DNA from: Calditrichia bacterium
Lineage (GTDB): Bacteria > Calditrichota > Calditrichia > JAJRVZ01
Assembly (NCBI GenBank): GCA_963796965.1
Contig: CAWCNS010000004.1
Span: forward strand, 320,001-384,000
DNA: 64,000 nucleotides
Reading direction: 5' to 3'
Shown: positions 32,538 through 43,842 of the stretch, piece after piece
Layout: the number at the start of each line of letters is the position of its first letter
Numbering within the stretch: the stretch's first letter is position 1
Translations under genes and position numbers: made by a program
Notes under the pieces: generated by a model
Database searches by the model: none
Told to the model about the DNA's origin: nothing
The model's input: the letters and a program-made list of their open reading frames with translations, nothing else

Positions 32538-34922
32538 ATGACACTAATAATGAAGGATGTAATTAGTTGTTTTCAGCTATATTCAACCAGAAAAATTAAA
32601 TGGATAGTTTTATATTCAATACTATTTTTCAATCTAATTAGTTTGAGTAATACTGTTAATGCCCAAACCCCTGTTGTTCTCATTCCCGATGACACAAAGC
32701 CAATTTTTATTAAAGAATGGGTGATTGCTGGTGCTTTCCCAAGTGCTGACATAAAATTACCCCCCTATAAAGGTCCCTATCGTGAAGGGTATTCAACTGA
32801 TTATCTAAAATCTTTGGGTGGGGAAGGTAAAGCCAATATACAGGATGGTATGGTAGTTTCAACTGTGGACGGAAAGGAAATTGCATTTTCCCGTTATAAC
32901 TGGAAGGATGATTACCTTGATCTGAACAAAGCAATTGGGGCAAAAAGCAATGTCTGCGCTTACATCTATACCGAGTTAGAAAGTAAAACTGAACAAACGG
33001 TAATACTGCATATTGGAACAAATGATGCTGGTAAGATGTGGGTTGGTGGAAGACTCGTGTGCTCTTACAGTGGTGATAGAGCGGCTAATCGTTCTCAGCA
33101 TACGACTGAGGTAAAACTTAAACCCGATCAACGCACACCCCTATTATTAAAAATTGATCAAGGCGGCGGTGGTTGGGGTACATATGTAGAGGTTTATGGA
33201 AGGACAGCGCATAAAAATTTCATGAAGGGAAAAATCGCGGACAAATTCGATATTTCTTCAGATACACCATTTCCAGTCATAGGTGATACAATCAATGCAT
33301 TTATTGTAAATTATCAAAGCTCGAATTGGTTTGAAATGGATGTGGATGTTGAATGGACTCTTGAAGATAGAGGAATCCCTATTCCACTAGCGGGTACAGA
33401 TGAACAAATAAGTTTGCCTATTCCCGATGGCCCTCCCAGAATAATACGTTTGCAGGCAATCAAGCAGGTGGGAAATAAACAAATAATCGGAACTTTAGAA
33501 ATAAAGACCAGGAAAAAGGAAATAATTGAATTCCAGGATAGTGATGGTATCTTAGATATTGGTAACCGTCTGGAATTGTTTGTTGATCATTTCTTGATCA
33601 ATAAATTGATCGATACAAAACTTGTTTTACACGAACCGCAGGATGAAGGTGCTGTTATCCGGTTTGATAAACCGTGGGAAGGTTTGTTTTGTGGGTATGT
33701 CACCATACTAAAGGAAGATGAAAAGTATCGCGCTTATTACAGGGGAAGACCATTTAAAGGTGTCGATGGAGATTCTAATGAGGTTACATGTTATGCAGAA
33801 TCACGAGATGGTATAAACTGGGATAAACCAAATCTTGGAATATACGAGGTAATGGGTGCGAAGGCTAATAATGTTATTTTAGCGAATACGCCGCCGTTTA
33901 CACATAATTTTAGTTCGTTTATAGACACCAATCCAAAAATATCTCAAAGTAAAAAGTACAAGGCCGTAGGGGGTACCCTGGAATCAGGATTATTCGGCTT
34001 TGTCTCCGAGGATGGGATTCATTGGAAAAAGATAAGTGAGACAGCTATATTTTCTAAAGGTGTCTTTGATTCACAGAATGTGGTATTTTGGTCTTCTAGT
34101 GAAAAGTTGTATGTCTGTTATTTCCGTACCTGGACTGGTCCTGAATATTCCGGGATCAGAACAATAAGCAGAACGACGTCACAAGACTTTATTCATTGGT
34201 CTGATCCGGTACAAATGGACTTTGGATACACGCCAATCGAACATCTCTATACAAATCAGACCTCTCCCTATTTCAGGGCACCCCATATTTATGTTTCAAT
34301 TGCTGCCCGGTTTATGCCCAATCGGCAGGTTATATCCGAAGAACAAGCTCTTAAACTGGATGTAAATCCAGGGTATTTTAAGGACTGTTCTGATGCCATA
34401 TTTATGACTTCCAGAGGCGGAAATAAATACGATCGGACATTTATGGAAGGTTTTATTCGCCCTGGAATTGGATTACAGAATTGGGTGTCTCGTACAAATT
34501 ATCCGGCCTTAAATGTTGTACAAACCAGCCCTGTTGAAATGTCAATCTATGTTCAGAAGGACTATGCGCAACCCACAGCCCATTTAAGACGCTATAGTTT
34601 ACGATTGGATGGATTCACTTCTGTCAGAGCATCGAATATCGTAGGTGAGATGATTACAAACCCCTTTTCCTTCAAAGGGAAGGAGCTGATTCTAAATTTC
34701 TCAACTTCAGCTGCTGGATTTATAAAAGTTGAAATCCTCGATGAACAGGGGAGCATTATACCCGGATATGAATTGGAAAGTTCTAAAGAGATAATAGGCA
34801 ATGAAATTGAAAAAACTGTTTTATGGAAGGGGAATCAAGAATTAACAAAATTAAATGGCAGGGCAATCAGGCTTCGCTTTGTTATGAAGGATGCCGATCT
34901 TTATAGCATAAAGTTTAGATGA
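32538..34922 (+). CDS. Secreted protein with N-terminal beta-sandwich and C-terminal GH32/GH43-like beta-propeller
   Basis: LELFVDHFLI, YAESRDGINW, SEDGIHW, FDSQN, LRLDGF. Paralogous to 6194..7697. Confidence 0.65.
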   Translation: MTLIMKDVISCFQLYSTRKIKWIVLYSILFFNLISLSNTVNAQTPVVLIPDDTKPIFIKEWVIAGAFPSADIKLPPYKGPYREGYSTDYLKSLGGEGKANIQDGMVVSTVDGKEIAFSRYNWKDDYLDLNKAIGAKSNVCAYIYTELESKTEQTVILHIGTNDAGKMWVGGRLVCSYSGDRAANRSQHTTEVKLKPDQRTPLLLKIDQGGGGWGTYVEVYGRTAHKNFMKGKIADKFDISSDTPFPVIGDTINAFIVNYQSSNWFEMDVDVEWTLEDRGIPIPLAGTDEQISLPIPDGPPRIIRLQAIKQVGNKQIIGTLEIKTRKKEIIEFQDSDGILDIGNRLELFVDHFLINKLIDTKLVLHEPQDEGAVIRFDKPWEGLFCGYVTILKEDEKYRAYYRGRPFKGVDGDSNEVTCYAESRDGINWDKPNLGIYEVMGAKANNVILANTPPFTHNFSSFIDTNPKISQSKKYKAVGGTLESGLFGFVSEDGIHWKKISETAIFSKGVFDSQNVVFWSSSEKLYVCYFRTWTGPEYSGIRTISRTTSQDFIHWSDPVQMDFGYTPIEHLYTNQTSPYFRAPHIYVSIAARFMPNRQVISEEQALKLDVNPGYFKDCSDAIFMTSRGGNKYDRTFMEGFIRPGIGLQNWVSRTNYPALNVVQTSPVEMSIYVQKDYAQPTAHLRRYSLRLDGFTSVRASNIVGEMITNPFSFKGKELILNFSTSAAGFIKVEILDEQGSIIPGYELESSKEIIGNEIEKTVLWKGNQELTKLNGRAIRLRFVMKDADLYSIKFR

Positions 34923-34925
34923 TAA

Positions 34926-35075
34926 AGTAGTGTCATAGTATAAGAGATTACGAAGAGGAGATAAAGAGAAGAATCATTAACATAAATAAAATTAATAAGT
35001 TATACCGTGGACTCTGCCTGCCCCGTAAAGTCTGACGGAGTCAGATTAGTACGGGGTGGTTATTTTTTACACTAC
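34926..35075 (+). repeat. Family B right half with 40-bp hairpin insert
   Basis: Degenerate gtcatagtataa-gagattacgaag, the shared spacer, and ccgtggactctg[insert]tggttattttttacactac. Confidence 0.85.
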
Positions 35076-35100
35076 CGATAAAAAGAACAGGATAAAGATA

Positions 35101-36531
35101 ATGAAAAAAAATCGCAGAGATTTTTTAAAAATGACGGGTTTAACCCTGGCAGGTGCAGGTGTATTAAATGGTTACGCTTCAGATTCTGAGAACCAGAATA
35201 ATACAAATCTGGCAGAAACCATGAAGGAATATGAGAAAAAGCATAAACAGTCTTTCAATATGTCAGGCTATGCCGCTCCCGGGATGGATGTTGTTCGGGT
35301 AGGTATCATTGGAGTAGGGCAACGGGGACCGACCTATATCAAAATCATGGGGCGTGTGGAGGGTGTCGATATAAAGGCAATCTGTGATATTCGACCAGAA
35401 AAAGCAGAAGCATCAAAAAAAATGGCTGAAGAATTGGGTTACAAACCAATGGTTTATTCTGATAATAAAGATAGTTGGAAAAAACTTTGCGAACGTGATG
35501 ATATTGATCTGGTGATTGTGACGACGCCATGGACCATGCATGCGGAGATGGGTGCGTATGCGATGAACCAGGGGAAACATACGGCCATTGCTGTCCCTGC
35601 AGCGGCAACCATTGAAGAATGTTGGCAGCTGGTTAAGACCTCTGAAGAAACTAAAAAACATTGCATGATGCTGGAGAACTGCAGTTACCACACTTTTCAA
35701 ATGTTGACCCTAAATATGGCACGAAAAGGTTTTTTTGGTGAAGTTGTGCATGGAGAATGTGCCTATAATTCAAGTAAAATGCGTAATAATTTTTCAAAAA
35801 CCATGTATTGGGATATGTGGTGGCTCAAAGAATATGCCAGCAAAAAGGGCAATATTTATCCTACGCATGGCCTGGGTCCGGTTTCTCAGATCATGGATAT
35901 TAACCGGGGGGATAAATTTGAGTTTCTGGTCTCGGTTGAAAGTAAAGACTTTATGATGGCAGACAAAGCCAATGAGTTGGCAGCCACAGATGATTTTTAT
36001 AAAGAATTTGCCAACAGGGATTATCGGGGCAATATGAATACGACCATTATTAAAACGAATAGAGGACGAACAATCATGTTGCAGCATGATGCGACATCAC
36101 CTTCACCGGAGACTTATATTCATGGTATCTATGGAACACAGGGTGCGGCATTAAAATATCCATATCCACCACGTGTATCTACGGGAAATCATAAATGGGC
36201 CTCTCCGGAAGAGTTCGAGAAAATCAAAAAGAAATATTCACCGGCAATCATAAAAGAAATGGATGAGTTGGCAAATAAAATTGGCGGGCATGGGGGATCT
36301 GATACTTATAAAAGTTGGCGTCTTATAGATTGTTTGCGTCATGGGTTCCCGGTTGACATTGATGTGTACGATTCCGTTGCCTGGAGTTGTATATTACCCT
36401 TGAGTTCCTGGTCGGTTCATAATCAGTCCAATTCGATACAAATCCCTGATTTTACGGCGGGTGCCTGGAAATCCAACGATAGAAATATGGATATAGAATT
36501 AAAAAATTACGGGAAGACTTTGATGCGATGA
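35101..36531 (+). CDS. Tat-exported GH109-like (alpha-N-acetylgalactosaminidase-type) Gfo/Idh/MocA protein
   Basis: NRRDFLK Tat motif, GIIGVGQRG, MMLENC, YPTHGLGPV, GGHGG, IPDFT. Confidence 0.88.
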   Translation: MKKNRRDFLKMTGLTLAGAGVLNGYASDSENQNNTNLAETMKEYEKKHKQSFNMSGYAAPGMDVVRVGIIGVGQRGPTYIKIMGRVEGVDIKAICDIRPEKAEASKKMAEELGYKPMVYSDNKDSWKKLCERDDIDLVIVTTPWTMHAEMGAYAMNQGKHTAIAVPAAATIEECWQLVKTSEETKKHCMMLENCSYHTFQMLTLNMARKGFFGEVVHGECAYNSSKMRNNFSKTMYWDMWWLKEYASKKGNIYPTHGLGPVSQIMDINRGDKFEFLVSVESKDFMMADKANELAATDDFYKEFANRDYRGNMNTTIIKTNRGRTIMLQHDATSPSPETYIHGIYGTQGAALKYPYPPRVSTGNHKWASPEEFEKIKKKYSPAIIKEMDELANKIGGHGGSDTYKSWRLIDCLRHGFPVDIDVYDSVAWSCILPLSSWSVHNQSNSIQIPDFTAGAWKSNDRNMDIELKNYGKTLMR

Positions 36532-36617
36532 ATTAAGAAATATTTATCTAAAATTGACGAAGATGTTTCAGATTAAATAATTTTAATAGAAAAAGGTGAT
36601 TTTCTGTTCGAATAAGC

Positions 36618-36654
36618 AAAATCTAATTCCCCCTTTGAAGGGGGTTAGGGGGGA
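36618..36654. repeat. Solo copy of the DUF559 terminal repeat
   Basis: aaaatctaattccccctttgaagggggttaggggg matches the reverse complement of the right repeat region (about 61482-61516). Confidence 0.9.
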
Positions 36655-36695
36655 ATATATTTTGCCCATAAGTCATAGTAATTAAAAGGTTAAAT

Positions 36696-38825
36696 ATGGT
36701 TATATCGAAGCATAAGATTGAAAAATTTATAAATCTATTTCTTTTAATCACATTAGTTGCAGCTGTCTCAACTTGTTCTAATACAAGAAATAAAGCAAGT
36801 GGTGATAGAAATGTCGATAGCGAAACAGAAAGTGTATTCTATATCTCGCCCGATGGTAATGATAAAAATGTCGGGAGTATGGAACAACCATTTGCCTCGC
36901 TTGAGCGGGCCAGTCACGAATTCAGAAAAGTATCTGCAAAATCGATTATACTATATCTGCGCGAGGGATATTATCCACTTTCACAATCATTCGTTTTGGA
37001 TAAAAAGAATTTCACTCACGATGTTTCAATTCATATCTCCTCTTTTCCCGGTGAAAATGCACATATCATTGGTGGAAAGGAAATCAGGAATTTTAAGTTA
37101 CTTGATCCTCAATCAGAAGCATACGAGAACATTGATCCGAAATTTCGCCCAAATATTCAATTAATTGATCTGAAGCGTAATGGGATTACAGAATTTGGGG
37201 CTTTGTCAGCCAGGGGGTTTGGCCGAGCGATTCAGCCATCCGGGCTCCATTTATATTTTGACGAAAAACCAATGACACTCGCCCGCTGGCCAAATACGCA
37301 GTGGACAAAAATTAAAGATGTTCCCGATATAATGGAGGGGAAGGGATTTTCATATGATGGAGATCGACCCTCCCGATGGTTAAATGCTCCAGATTTATGG
37401 CTGCATGGATATTGGAAATATGACTGGTCCGACAACTATGTCAAAATCGCTGAGATCGACACAGCAAAAAAGCTTATTGTGACGGAACCTCCACACAGCA
37501 ACTATCCTTTTACAGAGGGAAAACGATTCTATGCCCTAAATCTTCTGGAGGAGTTGGATATGCCCGGTGAGTGGTATTTGGACAGGAGCACGGGCTTGTT
37601 GTATTTCTGGCCACCCTCTGACATACATGGGGCAAAGGCATTTGTCTCACTTTTGCAAGATCCACTGATTCAAGTAAAAAACCTCAACAACATCACTTTT
37701 AAAAACCTGACCTTCGAATATACTTGCGGAGCAGGTGTGGAAATTATTGGTGGTCAAAATAATAAAATTGAGAATTGTCTGTTACGGAATATGGGCACTG
37801 TAGCGATTAGTATTGGGGAACTTATACCGAATCCCGGTAGTGTGATTTATCAGAACACACTATACAATGGCAATGCCGGACATAATAATGGTGTGATGAG
37901 CTGTGAGATCTATTCAACCGGGGAAGGCGGAATCATTCTTGGGGGCGGAGATCGTGCCACACTTACACCTGGACAAAACTATGCAATTAATAATAATATT
38001 TATGATTGTTCCCGCTGGGTGCGAACATACCGGGCGGGGATATTTATGTATGGAGTTGGTAATATTGTAAAAAATAATCATATTCATGACTTGCCTCATA
38101 CGGCCGTTTTCTTCTGGGGTAATGAACATTTGCTTGAATATAATGAAATCCATCATGTCTGCATGGAAACCGGAGATGCAGGCGCCATTTATAATGGCCG
38201 CGACTGGTCTCAGCGTGGTAGTATTATTCGCTACAATTATTTTCATCATCTGCATGGTGTAGAGGGGCAAGGAGGTTTTACCGATGTTATGGCCGTCTAT
38301 ATGGATGACTGGGCCAGTGGTACCACAGTTTTTGGAAACATCTTTTATAAATCCGGCCGTACGGTGATGATTGGTGGCGGCAGAGATAATCTGGTTGAGA
38401 ATAATATTATTATCGATGGAACTCCTGCCATTCACGTTGATGCCCGGGGTATGGGCTGGGCCAAATATTATTTTGATGGTTCTGATACGACCTTGTTTAA
38501 ACGTCTAAATGCTATTCAACCTGATAAACCTCCCTATAGCAAAAGATATCCTAAACTCATGAATGTCCTTAATGATGATCCTGCTTTACCCAAGGGGAAC
38601 AGAATTATTCGAAATATTAGTTCTGGAGGCAAATGGCTCGAATTGCACAATGATGAGACCGAGCCTCTGGTATATTTTCAGGATAACAGTATAGATGTTG
38701 ATAAACATTTCCTCATGGATAAAGATGATAAGATTCAGATACACTATGATTCAAATATAATTCCTCCCGGATTTCAACCTATTCCTTTCGATAAGATTGG
38801 ATTGAAAAAAGAGTTTGTGAAATAA
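36696..38825 (+). CDS. Lipoprotein with right-handed parallel beta-helix (GH141-like)
   Basis: FYISPDGND, LARWPN, ELDMPGEWY, ETGDAGAIY, VYMDD. Confidence 0.75.
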   Translation: MVISKHKIEKFINLFLLITLVAAVSTCSNTRNKASGDRNVDSETESVFYISPDGNDKNVGSMEQPFASLERASHEFRKVSAKSIILYLREGYYPLSQSFVLDKKNFTHDVSIHISSFPGENAHIIGGKEIRNFKLLDPQSEAYENIDPKFRPNIQLIDLKRNGITEFGALSARGFGRAIQPSGLHLYFDEKPMTLARWPNTQWTKIKDVPDIMEGKGFSYDGDRPSRWLNAPDLWLHGYWKYDWSDNYVKIAEIDTAKKLIVTEPPHSNYPFTEGKRFYALNLLEELDMPGEWYLDRSTGLLYFWPPSDIHGAKAFVSLLQDPLIQVKNLNNITFKNLTFEYTCGAGVEIIGGQNNKIENCLLRNMGTVAISIGELIPNPGSVIYQNTLYNGNAGHNNGVMSCEIYSTGEGGIILGGGDRATLTPGQNYAINNNIYDCSRWVRTYRAGIFMYGVGNIVKNNHIHDLPHTAVFFWGNEHLLEYNEIHHVCMETGDAGAIYNGRDWSQRGSIIRYNYFHHLHGVEGQGGFTDVMAVYMDDWASGTTVFGNIFYKSGRTVMIGGGRDNLVENNIIIDGTPAIHVDARGMGWAKYYFDGSDTTLFKRLNAIQPDKPPYSKRYPKLMNVLNDDPALPKGNRIIRNISSGGKWLELHNDETEPLVYFQDNSIDVDKHFLMDKDDKIQIHYDSNIIPPGFQPIPFDKIGLKKEFVK

Positions 38826-41163
38826 ATGAAAAATACAGTCATATTTTCTAAATCTATCTGGTTTTACAGCATATTATTAACCCTAATATTCTTTGGGGTC
38901 CAATTTCTATTCGCACAAGGCCTCACTATTAGTGGGCTTGTAACATCCGGGGAGGTAAATGCACCGGTAATTGGGGGAGTTAGGGTTTTACTTAAAGGTT
39001 CTTTAGTAGAAACGGTTACCGATCATTATGGTGCTTATAAAATTGACGTTCCGGGGAACGAATCGGTCCTGGTATTTTCATATGCAGGTATGACCACACA
39101 GGAAATTAAAGTTGGTGCAAAATTAAAGATTGATGTGGATCTGGTAAAGATTATTCAGGAAAAAATACAAACGGTGCAGGCGACACGAGTAGCCATAGTT
39201 CTCCGATCGGATGTCAGTACTATTGAACATAATGTGGCTAAGGTTTTACAAGACAGGATGCAATTAAACAGTCGGGTGGCTGTAACAATTACTCAAAAAC
39301 CAGATATAGTCGCAAGTCTGCATATCTATCTGGGGTTGGCAAATAAGAACAAGCAATTGGATAAACTTTGTACAACCCACAATATAATGCTGCCTGGCCG
39401 CAGCAAACCAGCACCCGAGGGATATGCAGCCAAATTGATCAATCCTGATAATACCCCTGCGATTATTGCAGTTGGAACCGATAATCGGGGGGTGCTTTAT
39501 GCGGCTGGTGAGATTCTTCGACAAATGGAAGCCTTGCCCCTGGCTGTCTCGTTCAAGACTTTTAATGTTAGTAGTGCACCGGCCTATCGGTTTCGTGGGG
39601 GGGATGCTTACCAGGGGCATACGATGAGAAAATATACACAGGCCCGTGAGTGGACATTAGCTGAGTGGAAACAAGTTGTTCTGGATTATGCATTAGCCGG
39701 GGCAAATTGCTTCAAATCTGAATGGACTGGGGGTGAGAAATATGAGTTTATCAAATCATTTGACCTGATGACAAATATCGGAATTCGTCCTAATCAAATG
39801 CAAGGTGATTATCCCGAAGAATGGAATGCCGGGGGATTGCATGATTGGGAATGGATTGGAAATAATTGGGTCTGCCCCAGTTTGCCTTTCAGCTCGAGAA
39901 GCGCTGATTAATCAATGGGCTGAAAAGTTTAAGACATTGGAGAGCCATGACGTTTTACGCTTTTACGCCGGAGATGCCGGAGGATGTCGGGATGAACGTT
40001 GTATGCCTTGGGGAAAAACTTTTGTGCAACTGTGCGAGGATATTTCGAATGTTGTACTCAAAACTTATCCCAGTTTGAACATCCAGATCGTCAACCAGGA
40101 TTTAACCAATGAAGGCGATTTAGCCATTTTTAAATATCTCTCAAGAAAGCCCCGAAAATGGTTGTATGGAATTTCATATGGGCCGGGAAGTAATGCAATG
40201 TCATGGTATTTCCACCGTAAACTACGCGATGATCTTTTCGAGTATCCGGGGTATGGCTGGCTGAATCGCTATTTGGCGGAAATACTTCACCAACTTCCAA
40301 TAGATCAAAAGGTTATAAATTTTTCAGATATCACACATTGGATAAGTGCCCAATATCATGTTGAAAACCCGGAACGAAATATTGCGAAATCCTATGGAAG
40401 ACGCACATTGCATACCCGACCAAAGGCTTTGTACAAAATATTTCAGGCGATTATGCCCTTTTCTCAGGGAGATATTATTTATACAGAGGGTTATCACGAT
40501 CATTTTCATCAGTACATTTGGTACCGTTTGTTATGGAACCCTCACCAGGAAATTCAAGATGTGGTTGGAGAGTACTGCAGGATATATTTCGGGGATAAGG
40601 CAGTTACCTTGATGGTTGACGCTATATTTCAGTTGGAGAATAATTTAGAAGTACCTCTTGAAACTAATGAAGGCATTGATCGATATTACGCATTAGTTAA
40701 AGAAGCCGGACGAATTATTCCCGCAAATCTAATGAAAAAAAACCATCTTTGGCGTCTGTATATGCAAAAAGGCGCTCTGGACAAATATATTCAATTAAAA
40801 TTACAGCGAGAATTATTTCAGGAGGAACGTGTTCGTCGATTGTTGCAGTCAGCACTAGAAACAGGAGATTTGAATACAGCCATCAAACAATCACTGACAA
40901 TTCTGGCAGAACCGAATGAGACACCGGTGATGGTGTTTTACCAGGAGGAAGCAGATAGACTCGGCATAGAATCGGAGCAACTTTTTGCTGTTCGTAATAT
41001 AGGATATTTCAAACTAAAGCAGTCTTTGAGAGACATACCAGATCTGGTGGATGTTTTGAAGAAGGCAAAAACTTCGGCATTAAGGAACGAGCAGAATATG
41101 CTGTTAGTGTCCGCGATTAAATCAACTCAAAAGAAAACCGACTATGGGCGTGTTTATTGGTAG
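38826..41163 (+). CDS. Secreted protein: carboxypeptidase-regulatory-like domain, GH20/67-type N domain, unknown catalytic domain; frameshifted near 39880
   Basis: TISGLV...LVFSYAGM, PEGY, RGVLYAAG. DITH and GYHD motifs are shared with the next gene. Confidence 0.6.
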
Positions 41164-41435
41164 CCTGACAAAAGCAGTATAAGTTTAACATTTATAATTC
41201 AATACATTCGCGATGATCTAGATCATGATTGGGTGATTGTTTGATAGGACTTCGATTTAAGATAGCTATTAAACTGTGAAAATTTGTGGACTTGAAGGCC
41301 TGGCCTGCGTTTATAATAAATCAGCTTAGTTAAGAACTAATTAAAGATGAGTGTTACAATTAATTATTACTGCCATGTTTTTTATCGGGCGCTGAGATGT
41401 GACATTTGAATTAGAGACTAAGGAGTATGTTTTAG

Positions 41436-43754
41436 ATGGATGTTCTGAAAACTATTTTATTTAATAAAGTAATCATTCCATTGGTGGGAATAACTCTTTT
41501 TAATGTATTTGTTGGTTGTCAAGATTCAAATCAAGAAAATCTAAAAAATGTTACCATTGTTATAAATGATAGGGATGATTCTCCTGAAAGAATAGCAGCA
41601 CAAGTTTTAACAGAGGAGGTTGAAAAACGATCTGGTTTTAAATGGAAAATCTCAACAGATCAACCAAAAGAAGGACATCGGATAGTTTTATCAGCAAAAG
41701 ATTTGGCCAGTGATGATAATATCAAACCTGAAGGATATAGTTTAAAAATTGAAAAAGAGGATGGCGAGGTCAAATTATTAATCTCCGGTACTGGTAGTCG
41801 TGGTGTTTTGTATGGTGTTGGCAAGTTATTAAGAATGCTAGAATGGGGAAAAGGTAAGGCAGAATTACCTAATGATATGAATATCTCCTCGGCCCCCGTT
41901 TACCCAATTCGTGGACACCAATTGGGTTACCGTGCAACGGCCAATTCTTATGACGCCTGGACGCCGGAAATTTACGACCAATATATTCGCGAACTGGCAT
42001 TATTCGGTACAAATAGTATCGAAAATATTCCCTTACATCCGGGACAGAGTCCTCATTTAAAATTTGATCCAAATGAGATGAATATAAAATTGAGTGAAAT
42101 TTGTGATAAATATGATTTAGATTATTGGGTTTGGACACCGGCAACTTTTGATCTTACAAATAAAGATAAAAGAGAAGAAGCAATTCAAAAACACAGAGCC
42201 ATGTATAATGCTTGTCCAAGATTGGATGGCATTTTTTTTCCAGGAGGCGATCCGGGGAAGAATCATCCAAAATTAATCATGCCCTTTTTGGAGGAACTTT
42301 CGGGACACCTGATAAAAGAGCATCCAGGTACAAAAATATGGTTTTCTCTTCAGGGCTTTGATAAAGATGAGATTGAGTATGTTTTTAATTATTTAGAATT
42401 GAATGAACCAGATTGGTTCGGAGGTCTGGTTAATGGGCCTGGTAGTCCACCAATTCCAGATTCGCGAAAAAGGCTTCCCAAGAAGTATAAATTCCGTCAT
42501 TATCCTGATATCACACATTCATGTCGCTCACAATATCCGGTTTCCTGGTGGGACCCTGCTTTGGGTCGTACACTTGGCCGGGAATGTCCAAATCCTCAAC
42601 CCGTATATTATTCACTCATTCACAATTGGTTTGCTCCGTTTACTGACGGCTTTATTACTTATTCTGATGGGATGCATGATGATGTGAACAAAATTATCTG
42701 GAGTGCCAGAGGTTGGGATCCCGATGTCGATATTCGAGAGGTCTTAAAAGAATATGCCCGCTTTTTTTTCCGTCCCGATTTAGCAGAGTTGGCCACCGAT
42801 GGAATTCTGGCCCTGGAAAATAATTGGATTGGCGCGCTAGTCCATAATGGTGCTGTTGAATCGACTTTGAAGAATTGGCAGTTTATGGCAGATAAGGCTC
42901 CTGAATTGGATCATAACTGGCGCTGGCAGTTATGCCAACTGAGAAGTAAATATGATGCCTATATCCGCCGACGGGTAATTTATGAAAGAGGACTTGAGGA
43001 ACAAGTTTATAATGCACTTTTAACCGCACGAGAAATCGGTGCTGATTCGGCGATAAGTAAATCAAAGATCATCCTGAAAAGGGCAGTAAGTGAACCCATC
43101 TCAGTGCAGTTAAAAAAAGAGATAGAAGACTTAGGATTGGCTCTTTTTAACAGCATAGGTTTTCAAACAAGTGTAAAAAAATATCAGGCAAGAAGTCTAA
43201 ATCGTGGTGCTATTATTGATTATTTAGATTTACCTATGAATAATCGCTACTGGTTAGAAGATGAGTTTACAAAGATCCAAAAATTTGCATCTGAAGAAAA
43301 AAAACTTGAACGGTTGGAAACCATACGAAATTGGGAAAAGCCTGGGGAAGGAAGTTTTTATGATGATTTGGGCACCTTGGATCGTTCTTCTCATCTTGTA
43401 CTTGGCGAAGGGCTGAATACAGATCCGCTGATGGAACGAAATCCGAATCCCGGATTCTGGTATTGGGATGAAGGTTTTAACCGGTTGCGTCTATCCTGGC
43501 TGGTTAGTATGGATCGACCTGTGGCTGTGGTTTATGAAAATATTGATCCTGCAGCTGATTATGATGTACGGGTAACCGGTTACCGTGTAGACAAAATTCA
43601 AATAAACGGGGAATGGGTTAAACCATTTATTTTTAGTGATGAAAAGGGATCTATTGTTGAATACCATGTTCCCAAAAGAGCGGTAAAAAGTGAAAAAATT
43701 GTACTGAACTGGGGTGATCCGGAAATAACAGAAGTATGGTTGATAAAAAAATAA
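41436..43754 (+). CDS. Lipoprotein of unknown function with GH20/67-type N domain; paralog of 38826..41163
   Basis: FVGC lipobox, KPEGY, RGVLYGVG, YPDITH, SDGMHDD. Confidence 0.6.
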   Translation: MDVLKTILFNKVIIPLVGITLFNVFVGCQDSNQENLKNVTIVINDRDDSPERIAAQVLTEEVEKRSGFKWKISTDQPKEGHRIVLSAKDLASDDNIKPEGYSLKIEKEDGEVKLLISGTGSRGVLYGVGKLLRMLEWGKGKAELPNDMNISSAPVYPIRGHQLGYRATANSYDAWTPEIYDQYIRELALFGTNSIENIPLHPGQSPHLKFDPNEMNIKLSEICDKYDLDYWVWTPATFDLTNKDKREEAIQKHRAMYNACPRLDGIFFPGGDPGKNHPKLIMPFLEELSGHLIKEHPGTKIWFSLQGFDKDEIEYVFNYLELNEPDWFGGLVNGPGSPPIPDSRKRLPKKYKFRHYPDITHSCRSQYPVSWWDPALGRTLGRECPNPQPVYYSLIHNWFAPFTDGFITYSDGMHDDVNKIIWSARGWDPDVDIREVLKEYARFFFRPDLAELATDGILALENNWIGALVHNGAVESTLKNWQFMADKAPELDHNWRWQLCQLRSKYDAYIRRRVIYERGLEEQVYNALLTAREIGADSAISKSKIILKRAVSEPISVQLKKEIEDLGLALFNSIGFQTSVKKYQARSLNRGAIIDYLDLPMNNRYWLEDEFTKIQKFASEEKKLERLETIRNWEKPGEGSFYDDLGTLDRSSHLVLGEGLNTDPLMERNPNPGFWYWDEGFNRLRLSWLVSMDRPVAVVYENIDPAADYDVRVTGYRVDKIQINGEWVKPFIFSDEKGSIVEYHVPKRAVKSEKIVLNWGDPEITEVWLIKK

Positions 43755-43758
43755 ACTG

Positions 43759-43813
43759 AATTACCACCCCCTCTGTCCCCCTCCTTACTAAGGAGGGGGA
43801 TTATGGGGGAGGT
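43759..43813. repeat. Family C REP-like hairpin (C1)
   Basis: aattaccaccccctctgtccccctccttactaaggagggggattatgggggaggt. Confidence 0.9.
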
Positions 43814-43842
43814 GTTTCTCAGACTCGATAAGGATTTATACT

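Noticed and set aside
41164..41435. 272-bp intergenic gap as a possible riboswitch or ncRNA
   Set aside because: I could not recognise a motif or convincing structure by eye.
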